Positions 34,411 to 49,059 of a stretch of DNA of 64,000 nucleotides are shown here, piece by piece. Position 1 is the first letter of the stretch. Every line of letters begins with the position of its first letter. The notes under the pieces were generated by a model. That model did no database searches, was not told where the DNA came from, and worked only from the letters and a program-made list of their open reading frames with translations. Made by a program: the position numbers and the translations under genes. The stretch lies in assembly GCA_964035545.1 (NCBI GenBank), contig OZ037771.1, positions 6,233,190 through 6,297,189 on the forward strand. Reading direction: 5' to 3'. The DNA is from Bugula neritina (Eukaryota; Animalia; Bryozoa).

Positions 34411-35782
34411 TCATAATCATGATGCTATCGACTTGACTCAGTTGACTGTATTTTAATTTTTATGGATCACTATTATCTTTATATTAAGACAACAAAGCAG
34501 CAGGATAGAACGCAGAGCTACAGACAAAATAATTGAAGTACAACTTTACATTATGATTATCATTATGATTGTAAACGAGTCGGGGGGGGGGACGTTTTAA
34601 TTTGGAAACTTGCCAGTAAATAAACATTATCATTCTTTTTCATTGAGTGGCGTTTTCTAATTAGCCATTTTTAGTAGTCGCAAAATTATTTGTTGGTATA
34701 CAATTATTTTACGAAATACTTTAAGGCGCGGCCTACTAAGCTCAATTTGTTTTTTTATATATATTATTTGTTGTGTAAATGTGTATTATAGAATGTATAC
34801 TCAGCAATCAGCTGTGTTATGACTTATGACTAATGCTCTGAATAAATGCATCATAAAGTTTTAGCCACAGCAAAATAATAAAAAAGGATTTTTTTTTTTA
34901 TAATGAGGTTATATTATGTAGAATTTATTGGTTACAGATGATGAGAATTTTTCCATGGAGTTAGTCTACTCAAACTTGGAGTCGCCTGTAACCTGTTGAT
35001 TACAACACACTAAAGTTATCTTCTCTCACTTTGCAGCTATACATACAAATTTTTAACATTACAGAAGATAACTTCGCAACTTATACAGCTGATCAAATGT
35101 GGAATAAACCAAAAAAGGTTTTCCCATGTAACTAACCTGGCATAAAATAAAGAAATCACTACTTATGGCTAAGCAAATTTAAAACCTGTTCACATTATTA
35201 CAGATAAAAAACACAATATATGACCGTTAATCAGCTATATTTCTTTTGCATAAAGTTTTAAATACAAAATTACGTTAAAATTCTCTCATTATATGGTGGG
35301 CTAAACTTATGGAAATTATGGCCTTCACTGTTGAGGGCAAATTGAACTAGAACTTTCACTAAAGGACAGCACCCATGCACAATAATAATAAAAAGAACAA
35401 TTTTGAACCATTGCAAGTTTAGATATTTTAACTATGTAACTACACTCTTGAAAGAGATGTGTGCAGCACATTTTAGCCAAGATCCTTTTGAGGCCATGCA
35501 TCATGTTATATTGTAGATGCATTGCATCTTCTACATACTAAGAAACACAAAAGCCATAAATATGAACACAAAAGTATTTTATTGAAAAAAATTTAATACT
35601 ATAATATTAGAATATGCATATATAAACAGAAACTAAATTTTGGCATGTTTCTTTTAAAAATAGGATTTCCTTGTTCTCTTGTACATCACATAAATATTAA
35701 ATGGTTTTAAAATTAGAAAAAGGGCAGCCAAATATGAGATATGTGACGCTATCTTCACTTTATGCAGATCTAACATGACAAT

Positions 35783-35950
35783 ACGATATTCTATATGATA
35801 ATATATACGATATGATAATATATATGATATACTATATAATATATACGATATACTATATGATATACTATATGATAATATATACGATATACTTTATGATAAT
35901 ATACTATATGATAATATATATGATATACTATATGATAATGCATATGATAT
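35783..35950. repeat. Degenerate ~12-bp AT-rich tandem repeat (ATATGATAATAT/ATACTATATGAT)
   Basis: Directly visible. Confidence 0.8.
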
Positions 35951-36421
35951 AAAATGGATATAGATATGATTGTCAAAACAAAATATCTGTCAAGTAATAA
36001 TGTGCAGTTGATTATTGACGGCAAAAATATTTATGCATTATAGAACATTAAATAATATAGCATTTAGTTCATCTCATGAAGCATAAGTTTAGGATTGTAT
36101 AGAACTTACTGCTAACGTCATATACTTATGGCTGTGTAGTAGCGGTAAAACAACATGCATACAAAATTGATAACAAAACATAAGGTTGTAAAAGTAAAAT
36201 AATTATGTCAAAAATACATAATAGATGCTAAGTAAGCATGTGATATGAAGACAAGCATTGATTGGGAGGTGCAAACAGGCTGGAGGCTAGAGTTTAAGTA
36301 ACAATCTAAACCGATGAATGCTTAGACCAGGCATTACAAAAGTGCTATATGATGTGGAAAAAGTTGAGTAGTATAATGATGTAAAAGTGTCAAATGCATG
36401 AAGTATTTGATATGTTGACAC

Positions 36422-36471
36422 CACTGGTCAGGTAGTCCTACTGGTCAGGTAGTCCCACTGGTCAGGTAGTC
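36422..36471. repeat. Three copies of a 16-bp unit (ACTGGTCAGGTAGTCC) in the 3' UTR of paralog B
   Basis: Directly visible. Confidence 0.85.
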
Positions 36472-36507
36472 ACATTAGTTCTAGAGATAGCCTGAAGAAG
36501 AACTCCG

Positions 36508-39500
36508 CTATAGATCATCACGTAAAAGGTGAGCTGCATCCTCCTGCGCAGATAGTGTAGATTCTCCGAGAGTGCCTCCGCTATTATTTGATGACTCATT
36601 GTCAGCATTACTCATCTCATTAGTTGGTGGGGCGGACGACTCCGGTATGTCAGACGCCCTGTTCTGTTCCGCCATGTTCTGCAAGCTGCTGACATACAAT
36701 GTGTCGGCATCCTTGATCAATGGCTGCTTCACGGCAGACTCCGACACGGTCCTAAACCTACGAGGACGTCTACCCCCAGCCGCGCTGACGTCCAAGTTGC
36801 CATTGTAAGGGACCAAGTTACGCGTGTCCATAGACACGGGGATAGAATCAACAACCTTCATCTCGATACTTCCTGTGTAGTTGCTGCCTCCAAGTCCAAG
36901 CCTAGCAAACATAACAAAACTTGATATAATGGCATAACTTTTCGTACACATTAACATAATTGGCAGCAATAAATAGCAGAGGGAAGCAAACATGTTAAAA
37001 TGCATTGACTCCTTCAGCCGACCAGCAATAAATAACAAACTCAAAGACGCTGGTTGATTATAACAAAAAAGTTGAGCAAAATTTTTCTATAAAAACCACA
37101 ACAGCCAGAATAATCTAAACATAGTGGAACTGGTTACAAAACAGATAAAGATTGCCAAAACTGCATATAAATTGAATAAAAACTGTTTATTTGAAAGAAT
37201 TTACTTTAGCATGTTTCAAGTGTTTGCTCAAATCTTCTACTCTCACACAATGTTCACCCAGTGTAGTTGGACCGTAAAATATCACATATCAAGTACTTAG
37301 GAGTTACTTTTTATAATAGGGAAAACAACCCTCAAATTTGTCAGAGTTTCACTTCAAAGAAAATTTTATGTGCTGAGAAAATACAAGTGTTAGGTCCTTT
37401 TTAACACATGCATATTCTAAAATACAATGTATCCAAATAGTGGTTGAAAAAACCTTTTTTTCACTGGAAAGCTAAAAGTCTTATACTACCAATCTTTACA
37501 CCAGGATGAGATGTACTATATTAATATATATTAGATATGGTAGATTTCTGCCTACACTCTACACCACTAGGTGATAAAGGATATTTCACCTCACCATCAA
37601 TTTTTAATCAAACTTATATCCTAGAATAGAAGCTTCACAAGCACCACTTTTGATGTAACCTCCGAATTCAACATGCTGTCTAGGGCAATCTCCACCCCCT
37701 TCCTCGCCATGTCTTCAAAACATTTAAAAATCTGAAGCTTGCAAATTAATAACCGGAACAAAGATAAATGTTTACCTGGTGTCCATGTTGGAAGGCATGG
37801 ATAGCACAGGTCGTAGCTCTAGAACTCTTCCATTACATTGACTAAGAGCTGTGGGTGCTCCCGCATTCCCGTTCCAAGGTTTGGGCGAGTCGTTTCCACT
37901 GTCGTTGTTGAGTGTTTGAGAATGGAAAGAGTATACAGTGTGCTGAGATGTGATATAGTTGTTCACTGGTTCATTACCTATGTGCACGTGCTGTACTGTA
38001 GCCATATACCGAACATTTCTCTACAACAATACCAGTTATGGTTCAACTTAAAAAGACATTCATAAAGAGTGGCTTCACAAAACAAGTTATCTTCTATATT
38101 AACGCAGGGTCACATCAAGCAGATTTCTGCATTGCTAAAGAAAATTCTGCACAAGTAGAAAAATTTGATTGTTCTATTTTAAAAGTGCTGAAAAAACACT
38201 GCAGAAAGTTCCTAGGGCAGTGATTTAATTGGCTGATTGCTATTTAGCAGCCCACATTTTGTCTTTCCATCAATTCTATATTATTGAGAATATGAAGAAA
38301 TATTTCAAAATGAAATAATTTATACCAGAGCAGTAAAGCCATTGGTAAATACAATTGGTCACTCTAGTTTTACTTCTGATGACAATGTGGCCAGTAGCTT
38401 CTGCACCAGATTTTCATGTGTGCGTGGAATTTTGGTTAATGTGGCCCTACACTTGTTCTGGCCAAGTGTGAAACTAGGAAACTCTAAATGTAACGACATT
38501 ATGTAACACAATAGTCTAGGAAGGTAAAAAAAGTCCTCATATGGTATAATATATATTGAAGACTAATGAGGCTAACATAGTTGGCAGGTAGTAGTGCACA
38601 CATGGTACTCACATTTCTGCCTAGATAATCCTGAGCTGTACCTCGGCCCAACTTAAGTTCTTGGTAATGGGATGCCACACATAATGCACAGTATATCTGC
38701 AAAACACAATAGATAATAAATGGAACACAAGAGAGAAGTGTATAGTGGTTGTATTTGATCAACTCCCATTATGAGCTACAAAATAATTAATAAAAATTAA
38801 CTGCACTTCAGCACAATATTTCTAAAATAGTTTCTCATTGTTAATGTTAAAATATGCAATAGGCAAATGTAAAGTTTTTCTACAGAGAGATTGCTGAAAA
38901 TAGTCTACATCAAAGAAAGAATTTTTTTATTTCCAAAGTGGTCGAGTTTCCTGGAAAAGTTTCAATTGGCTGAGTTAAATATTTAGTGTGTATTGTATAT
39001 TCTCGACTTTTAGACATAATTTAATGCCTGCTTAAAGACGTTTACTGCTATAAATTATCGAAACTATAGCGACAGCTACAAATCTCGGCAGTAAACTAGC
39101 TGCTGCCAATAATCTTGGATTCAACTAATGAAAACACTGTGAATATAAGATATATAGTTTACAGTATAATTATGATTGTTTGGAATGTTGCTGAGCAGTA
39201 AAGGTAAATTCACAAATGAATACCTGCCAGGCATAAATATTTACATTCCCCATCCATCAAAATATGTGTAACTTGAACTCTGGAGTAACTGCAATACCCC
39301 TGAGATCAGGTCAATATGTCAAAACACCATTTATTAATCGTGTAGTATTACATAATCTGTATCTCACCAAGCTATGGGTCGAAACCTCATGACATAGTAT
39401 AACACCAGATTTAGCTCACGATTTTATATATTTGGCCATTTTGTTCCTATGCACACATACATAAAAACACAAAACGAGGGTTCAAGCCCTTCTGTGATCT

Positions 39501-42452
39501 ATGGAATTTTTGGAGAAATGAATGCGTGAGATATAGAGTGAGCACTGTATTTATTTACTAAGGAATCGCACAGTTTCAGGACATTGCAGCTCTATAGTTG
39601 CGTTTATACCTTCACGATTTTCAGTCAGAAATTCAATTTGGCCGGGTTGAAATTTCTCCGAGTTGCATTGCATTGTAAAAGCCACTCGTAAAAAAAATTT
39701 ATACTGTGATAATTTAATCGGCCGATTTCAGAATAATATTCAACAGGAGTAATAACTCCTTGTAAACATCGGTATTTGGTTATGACTTTGGCGATTAGAT
39801 GACAGACTCATATGTTAATAATTATATCGCCTACGCCTTCTCAATTATCGCTTTTGTGCTGTCAACTTCACTAATTCACGACGTTTACAAAGGGCATCAA
39901 ATAGCGATTAGGCGAGTCAATTTTTGAATCAATATGATTTCAACGATTTTAAGTTTGACTATAAAGGGGTACCCGGACAGGCATTATTAACTGAAACTCG
40001 GAACTTTTTTCAACAGAGGTATAAACGCAACTTGTGACTAGCAACTTATGTCACTGATCCCCAATTTCTGCCTGAATTAAAAAAGACGAGTCAAAGGTTT
40101 CAAAATTTGACTTAATTTGGTAATCGATCAGTTTACCAGCTAAACTCGGCTTGTGGGTTAAAAAAAGTCAAAACAGCAAACAGGATATCAGGTCAAGTAG
40201 AGCACAGACTTTACAAACAACTCCACATAAAATTTACATGATGGAAATAGTCTTTTAAGTTATACTCTTTGAAAATAGGTGTATAGGATGAATGGTTTTT
40301 GATTAAACACTATTTTAATAGCACTCTAGTTTCTCACCAGAGCCAAGTTTTGTAGTTTACTGGCAGCTTTTCAAAATTTACGCATCGTGAGAAAGACAAG
40401 AGGGTTTACACGGGCTATCAGCTAACAGTTTAACAGTACATGCAACAGCCATCTATAACCTATACGTAATCTATAGCTATATGGCGTGTTTAGATGACCA
40501 GAAGGGTAGACAACTTACTATTCAACCTAATACACTTTCGGTCAAAATGGAGAGAATGAAAAGTCACCTACATGGCACGTGAAGTCACAATTAGTGAACT
40601 CTCAAAATTGACCTATGCCCCCCATCGTATTTGTGATGCTTTTTAAAGTGAGGTCTAAATATTTTATATTGGCTGAGGGTCATGAACCTGCTTATAATGT
40701 AATTGAAACTGTAATAGGCAGATCCTAATGAAATAATCAGTGTGCTAGAACCAACACCAACTCCTTAGTTACTTTTCGCCACAAGCTTTTTTTTTGCATC
40801 AAATAAGTTTGCTCTTCTGCAAATTTCACACTAAACTAAGAAGCTAGTAATGTATGAGCAATCAACTTACATTTATAAGTGTAAACATGATCCAAGCCAC
40901 CAAAATTCCTATTAGAATTTTTTCGAATCCAAACAACCAAATCTGGAAGACGATGCCAGCAACGTCAAAGAGTATTTGCATCACCACCATCACCAACCAG
41001 GGCAGGAGAAGCTTTGCTGCTGACTGCATCATATAAATGTTGTTTTGAACGCATCACAGAAATATTTGGCAACTGGATTACTATAAGAAAACAAGAAACA
41101 GAGAAATTGCTAGCAGAACAACACTAGTACAGAAAATATATGTGCATCTCCAGACAATGTAAGTGTTTTAACACACAACCTTGGTAAGCAAGTATAATGA
41201 GTTTTTAGTAATCAAGTATTTCCGCTCTACTTCATTCTACTTGTCAATCAATTAAAAAATTAAATCAACAAAACTTAACAACGTGTCTGACTGGGGTTTA
41301 ACTTTTTAGAAATCTGCCAGCTTTTCTTATATTCTTTATGACCCTGCTTCGAGCTGCATATTATTTGGTAGTTGTCTTACCTTAATAACTGCGATGAATA
41401 AGATTATTGAAGCTAAGGCTGTGAAAAATGAGACTATCAAACTTGACCAAAACAGAGCCATCATAACTACAATATACAGCACCATTAAATGTAAATGTCT
41501 TTGTTTTCCCAATAAATGCAGTACCAGGGTTTGCTTCACACAAAATTAGCAGGAGTAGTTGCCTGCAATATAGAAGATAACTCCCAAAATAAACTAAGAA
41601 CTTGGCTAACACACAGGTTATGATTACTAGAGCTCATGAAGGCAAACAGTAACATGAAATTAACAGCAACAAGAATTAAGGCTATCATTGAAGTAAAGCA
41701 ACAATGAAATCTACAGCAAACTGGTGAGAGCATTTTGTGTTTTTAGTTGCAAAGAATAGCGGAAGTTCTTCACAGCAGGTTTAAAATACTTTTTTCGTAA
41801 GATATCAATCACAATAAGAAACTATAAATATGTGAAAGCAATGATAACAAAGTTACAATGTCTTCTCAAAAGTTCCACTCACAGAAACAAACATAAAAGA
41901 AACAAAACAAGTGGATGAGTAGTGCTGTGTTTAGTCAATCAACATCAAGCTGTTATTTGAACCCTTCCCCAAGTGTCTTACCATCAGTATTGGTGTTAGT
42001 GTAGGCTTGAAGGTCCGTCAGAGATTGACTAGTTGAAACAATGTCACTGATACTAAGACCAAGTGAAAAGACACAATGCACCTGAAAACAAATTTGTAAA
42101 ACATGTAAAATGAAGAAAATTGTCATAATATGATAGTTGTTTATTTTGTAAGCTTCTTCCACTTATTGTATTTATATAAATACTGTGTTTTATATGATAA
42201 ATCATTTAACCTAATAAACCAGTAAATGATCCATGTCTTTATAAAAGCCTACAAATTACTACTAATTACGACTATACAAATAAGTTATGACAAATTAAGA
42301 AATAAGAATAAAAAATCTGTGTTGGCTAGATTGTAATGTGAAAGCGGTAATGCGTTATATAGTTGCAAAATACATACCAAAGACCACACACCACTGGCAA
42401 TTGTACCATTTTTGAGATTCTTAGAAAAGCAGCACCGGGTTAATATGGCCAT
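36508..42452 (-). CDS. Four-TM membrane protein, pasiflora/LAPTM-like (paralog B), 7 coding exons, 378 aa with a long cytoplasmic tail
   Basis: Exons 42452-42378 (MAILTRCCFSKNLKNGTIASGVWSL), 42081-41982, 41466-41381, 41023-40871 (LLLPW), 38696-38613 (IYCALCVASHYQELKLGRGT), 38020-37776, 36901-36508; 1137 nt, all GT-AG and in frame. An acceptor just upstream of the ATG implies a 5' UTR exon, possibly ending ~45019 (GAG|GTAGGT). Confidence 0.9.
39596..40032. mobile_element. MITE family B, second copy, inverted relative to 10046-10492
   Basis: Same 16-bp TIRs; internal sequence is the reverse complement of copy 1 (e.g. GACGTTTACAAAGGGCATCAAATAGC, GGGGTACCCGG). Confidence 0.9.
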
Positions 42453-44559
42453 AATGATTGTGTCCTAAAACAATACCAGATGTTTGAAAAATATTTACAG
42501 ATCTCTTCTAATACAGAACAGTGCAGTTTGTAGTATATGAACACGAGACTTCAATCTTCATGTAATAAACACCAACAGCACAGGCAGCACAACAAGGAAT
42601 TGTTTACTAAATATTTTGGTGCTGTTCCAGCATTTCAAATAGTTTATTTACAAGTGTCAAAAACAATTGACATGGTAGGATGATGTAAAGCAAAAACTTG
42701 ATAAATTTTTAGAATGTCTATTAGGTTGTAGCCAGGATAAACTTCAGGCATAAGATTCCAGAGTTTTTCCAGGAGAAGTATTTACTGAAAATAAACATGT
42801 TTTGGAACAATTTTTCTATTACCAAAAGGTAGACGACTCCATAGGCTGTGTGCTAGCTGTCAAGTAGTTATTTTTGTGTCTAACAGCGGAGTAGTAAACC
42901 GTGACTAAATTTTAATGATGCCAACAAAGCTGAAAGTTTTCAGCCAGCTAAACAGTTATTCTTTAACCAAAGATATACTAAATCTACTGCACATAGAGAT
43001 ATGCCCACCAGAAGATAAACTCGATGTCATTTGGGCCCATTCCGTAAGACTACCTATTTCTATTAGTTTTGCTGTCCACAGAGCTTTTTTTTTAGTTATA
43101 TTCAGTATGTTGAAAGCTTTCTGATGTAGAGTCGCATAGCACATAAGACATTCCAGTCAGTTGTTGTAAAACAACATTGTGTTGTGACTACATGCTTTTC
43201 CAGTTTCAAATTGAATATTTAATGATAATAGATAACTAGTGTACTTGTGGCTAAAGTATAGCTGAGTAACTGTAACAGCAGACTAAGGTTTAGGGGCAGC
43301 AAGCACACAGCCTCTAGTGTCACCTCAGGCTAAGCCATACTAAAAGTTCATAGTGGAAAATTCCTCAATCAATTATAGCAGGGAGAAGATAGAAATACCT
43401 GTTTCCTGTCACAGCTTGGACATTAAACTTGGCTGAACGTAAATTAATGATACTGAAGTATGTTTTCTGTCTCTAGACTAGAAGACTGTATCAAGGTCAC
43501 ACACGCACTTCTTCCAAACAACTGGTGTTGCTTATACTCGAGTTCAGCCAATACTAACAAAATGTGAAGATAAACCTTGGTAAGCCACAGCTATTGAAAT
43601 TGTATCAAGATTAGCTTAAAGGTCAGGGGTCTATGTAATACATGGGACTGATGTGGTGTGGTACTAAAAACAACTCACTTATAGTTTCAGGTTATTTAGT
43701 AGTAGAAAGACTAATATAAACTAAGATTATGAGATTAGAAAGTGACTCAAAATATTGATAGAAATGAAAGGCTATGTTGGTAGTTGCTCCCATTAGCTCT
43801 AACAAAGGACAAGATAAATTAGGGAGAAGTACTCAAATGTACAGATTTATTCTATCAGTGTGCGCATTGATTCGAACTACGTTATGTTTAAATTAGACTA
43901 GTAATAGTGAGAGTGGTCATTATATGTAACATTACCAACCCAAAACTTTTTTAAACAATTAAAAGCTCAGTAATTTAAACATTATTATAAACAAATTTGA
44001 AATGAAATTGGAAAGGTAATAGACTAAATTGAAAATTACTGCCTCCAAAGGCTGTTCTAACAAACTAAAACATTTTATGATTTTAAAACAAACAAGCAGG
44101 CCCTCTAAACTAAAGGGACCTTTACAATAGCTTTATTTCTACAAAAAATTACAGCTGGAATACGTTATAACATGAATAGTAGGTTACATGGCAACAATGT
44201 AATGTGAATGTATAGTTCATTGAATTGATGAGAAAGTTGTGAAACAGTCTGCTGACAGCCCTACATGTTCACTATACGTTTCTGTTAGACTTGAATCCTA
44301 GCAAATAGATGTAAGTCATAGCAAGGACAAAAATCATGTTACACAGCTTTCAATAACCTTAGAACCCTGTTATTAATGTACATCTTAATTGGAACCACTA
44401 CTAATATTGATTATACTATGGTGTAGGAGTCCCAGCTATTACTCACTACTCTTATTGTCTCGTTATAACAATATTTCTGGTAGCATTTGTTGTAGGGGGT
44501 AACAGCAGTAGCATTATAATTACAGTTTTAATCGCAGCAACAATTATATAATTAGTACT

Positions 44560-44840
44560 GATAGTGTTACTAAAACTAAAAGTAGTAGTAGTAGTACTAG
44601 TAGTACCAGTACTAGTACTAGTAGTACTAGTAGTTAGACTTAATAATTCTACGAGTCACGGTGTCCCTGGTGGTAATACTAATGATAGTAGTAGTAATTA
44701 TAGTAGTGGTGATTGTAGTGGTAGTATTAGTAGCAGCAGCAGCAGTAGTAGTAATAGTAGCCAAAGTAGATAGTACAAAAAGGCAGTAATACTAATAGCA
44801 TTATTATTACTATTAGTAGTACTATTACTATTACTTTCAA
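44560..44840. repeat. (TAG/TAA/CAG)n-type low-complexity tract
   Basis: Directly visible. Confidence 0.8.
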
Positions 44841-46799
44841 CAGCTTAGCATAACAGAAACAAACTAACAATGAAATGCTACCAGCTGCTCTACCAATACT
44901 ATCAATCACATTACAAAGGTGTCACTGACACTACCAGTCTTCTAATACTGCAGACAACTGCAATCAACAGTGAAAAAAGCACAACTAGCACCACCTGCTC
45001 GACTACCTACCTACCTACCTCGAAGAGATTTCCGTTATAATTGATTATACAAACTAAACCACTAGCCAAAGCCAATAGATACAATGCTATGTGTGTTGGC
45101 AACAGTCCAGCAATCCTACTGAGCACCCAGTTGTACAATAATATAAATTAGGCTAGCTGATGCCAGAGCTTTCTTATAACTACGACTGTAGTCATAAACG
45201 TGCGCGATTACATTGCATCATACTAGATTAAATATTGGCGCAGTGCCAAGCAAGTGTACTACACGCAACTAATGAGCCACATGACTTTATATAATTAATC
45301 AATAGGTAGTTCATTCATAACGATTCTATTCAAACAAAGGTGTTCGGCATTCCATGCATTGATATTATTGAAGAAAAATCACTAACAAGCACTGAGTTTT
45401 AACACAAATAGCTTGAACAATGAGCAGATTGTTTTGAGGGTATAAAATTTCCCTTTTTGAGTTACAGAGGAGTGTATAATAGCTGTAACACAAAATAGGC
45501 ACAACAGCACCCAGCCCATTGTAATACTATCGTAGTAAAAGCAACAGACATATCTACTACTCCACAAATAATTCCTGAATTCAGTTGGTTAGAAACAAAA
45601 ATAAAGTGAAACTTTATTAACACAATGGAATTTAAAAATAAAGTGAGACAAAGTGTGCACTTGAGTTGTCTCCCTAGTGTGTTCAAATGAAATGATCCCT
45701 CTTTCCTCCAGTATAAAAGAGCAAAATTTTTGAAAATTAGGCTTATTTTCGTTTTCAATCAAGTATATTGTCATTAGTCATATGTGCTGAAGCTGAATCT
45801 ACATTTGACCTAAACCATCCTCAAAGACCATACACAAACCTAGTACTGTTGCAGTTCTCACAGTGTCTGCTTTATGTAAACCATATTTAAGCAATTTAAA
45901 TTTGCTTTTCTTTGTTATAAGATATTAATTTAGTTTTTTGTAAGTTTAATGTATAAAATAAAGAACTGTACTAAAAAACTTTTAACTAAGCCAAGTTACC
46001 TTTTGCTAGTGCTACCCAAAATAATGAGAAAATTTTGAGTGACAAATTTCAATGACCAAGAATACCCATACGCTACCTTTTTTTTAAAGAATTTACACCA
46101 TCCAGAGATTTCATATACAGTGACTGCAGTGCGTCATACAATGCTTGGCATGTTGCATTTCAATTATTCCAATGACTGCTAACTTTTCTAGTCTATAGTG
46201 AAAATTTAATAAAGTATGTTAAGTGATGCATGTTACAGCTAGTGTTATGCTAGTATTATGGCAGATTTCCTGTTTGTACCTGTTTTACTTGATAAAAAAA
46301 AACTAGAGTTAATGGACAGTTGGAAGTTTCCACCTACATTCTATAAAGCATTTGTGGCTGCCTTTTCTTAGCTCGTGAACTAGGCTACCAAACAGTTCCA
46401 GTGCTTTTCATTGATTAATTAGTTGGTAGACCCGCCACATCTATTTATATTTTACTAATGTATCAATCAATATAATGTTTTTCGCATTAAAAGGCCCACT
46501 TTTTACTAAACTTTAGCTATAGAAAACATAAGCGTAGCACTGAATAAAAATATAGCAAGGAACACTTTAGTTATATTAATAATGAATTAAATAACTTTTT
46601 CATCAATCAGCTTGTAAAAATATTTTTACAAATTATTTAGTAATTTTTAAAGAGATTTTAATATTTCTAAATTTTCAGGCTTTGCAAATATGTCTTACCA
46701 GAGTGATTGGTAGAAAAAGTATTGTTGCTACTTAGAAGTATATGCTCCAACACAAAAAAAAACATTATGCCTAGTTTTATTTCGGTGCAATAAAACACT

Positions 46800-48450
46800 G
46801 AACAAAATAATGTGATGGTACCAAGATAAATTGAAATGGCATAAACAGATTTGAATTTTTGTAAGACACTTTGTCTCCATGTTACAAGCCTTTTACAGAA
46901 TTTTTGTGCTATGCCAACTTAGATAGCTCCAAAAAACCTTCAGTTTATAAGTCAAACTTCAGCAAATTGTCCAAGAAGAAACTAAGCAAGGGGTAGCAGG
47001 CCTGTCTCAATTTTGAGCCCAACATTCTAGTTGGGTTGTCTCTTACAAAGATTTATCATGTCTTTTACATATGTGACTTCAAGTCAACTGTAAGTGTGTA
47101 TGCATTGTACAACGACGATAGAAAAAGTTAGTAAAAGTATTGAATAATGCTGTATACCACTTACAAGTAACCTTAAAGTATTATTTGATATGGTTAACAC
47201 AAAGATTTTCAAAATAGCATAAATCAATAAATATAAACTCTCTTGTGGCAGCTAAACAAAAAAAAGTGTATATTAATTATACTCTCACTGATAGCACTGA
47301 AACCTGGCTGACTTGAGGTAGTTGAAGCACCTGCCTATTGCAGATAAAAATAATAGAAATGTTTCATCTTCTTGATTACAACCAAGAGTTCCTTGTGGGT
47401 GACCATAGTTTTGGTAAAAGAAAAATATGTAGCAATTAAAAAACAGTAGCAAAATTTCTGGTGTCAAAAATGACTGACAATTGGGATCAAGGTAATTGAT
47501 AATCATATCTGTCATTTAACATTTCTTCAACACCTTAAAAGCTTTGTGTTGACACTGTTCTTTACCTATCCTCAAACCAATGGCTATCGTGGTAAACATC
47601 CTAATATTGTGATATCAAAATATCTTCATGAAAGCTTAAATCTCTTTAGAATTGACTACACCTTAAATGTGGTTGCAGGCAGTGGTAGCTTCATGTTGGC
47701 TGATATGTCCTAGATATTCAACCTCTGCCGGATTTTACATCTTGTGGGTTTGAGCTTAAACCTTGATTATCTTAACCAGTTCAGTATTTTTCTCAGAACG
47801 CAATGTGGATCAGAAAGTTGCGAGTATTGGCGAGTATTGGAGCCAATGTTGTTTGGGTACAATAGTAAAGTTTTCAAGTGTATATAAGTATATACGAATT
47901 TTTCTATCAGGTGTTAGAATGTGGCCAATGTTAGTCCAAAGAAAGCCTTCTGCTTTCAGAAACCATAGTCAGTAGTAAAGACTAAATCTTTCTGAGCATC
48001 TTCATTCAGTGATATCTACCATCATCTGTTAACCATGCTAAAGGTAGAGTTAAAGGTTAAAGTACAGTTTAATTCTTAACTATCCTTGCAATAAAAATAC
48101 ATTCTGCTGGTGGCAGAACTCAAGCAGCAATAGCCTACACAGAATTTACAAAAGTTTGCCTTTTTGTTACTAGGTGGGTTTTATAAATTTAGGCCCAATT
48201 GATTGGATCAATCATTCTTCACTTGCTTCAGCCTCTTTTTCCGGAACCAGTCAGCGAGGAGATTGCCTGATAGCCCCGGTACAAAGTATCTGCAAAATAC
48301 TATGCTCTACCATTAATTTCCTTCGAACATTTTCATCGCCTATGTTGAAGATGGCTAAGTACTCAGCTCGAACTTCTCTTCCTCATCAGCCTTTCACAAT
48401 TTAGCCTTGTTTTAGTATAAAAATCTTTCAAATTCCTAGGCACGGGCGTT
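46800..48450 (-). mobile_element. Heavily decayed Ty3/Gypsy LTR-retrotransposon pol remnant
   Basis: Collinear minus-strand fragments FCVGY (~FCVDYR), LKPTRCK, EVEYLGHI, NSKEI.AF, KAFKVLKK and YLDPN..F follow the RT to RNase H order. Many stops; no LTRs recognised; boundaries approximate. Confidence 0.6.
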
Positions 48451-49059
48451 TTACTGCCCATCAACATAAGTAGAGCCTGGTCTGACTCGCATCAACTTCA
48501 CTGATGCCCGCCTTGGCCTGGACCAGATGAACTGCCAGACTCATGCACTATACCGCTGGTTCTCTTATTCTCTTTGATAACAAGGATAGTCCAGGCTTGA
48601 GACAAAGAAAATTTCATTTGTTTTTCTCTGGCTGCTGCTAGTGGCCTGTACCCTTAACATTGTAGTCATTTCTACATCTAGAGGGATGGCCGATTACTGA
48701 AAGTGTTTTAATTGGACCAGGTAATTATCCAATGATGTCGGTCTATGAAATCAATCTTCTTCTGATGTACCATCACCACTGGTTTGTAAAAATCCCCTGG
48801 TGAATGAGCAACTATGAGACAAATTATATAACAGTGTACTTACATATTAATACGAGTATTAGTTAGCCATGCACAGAGCCAACTTTTACAGTGCCGGTAT
48901 ATATTTTATACTGAATAGCATTGCAACATTCTACAATTAACTTAGTTGATTACATACTAAAACAAGAGCCCATAAAACTAAATCTAAATTTCTTTTCTTC
49001 GAGTTCCAGAGCTCATGTAATTTGTAATTAGCCTCAGCCTGACTTCTGATTATTAATCA

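Noticed and set aside
42780-43200. Higher-complexity segment with short ORFs on both strands
   Set aside because: No recognisable motifs or consistent splice sites; possibly an old TE fragment.
45382-45774. Three short overlapping minus-strand ORFs
   Set aside because: No family similarity that I recognise and no exon chain.
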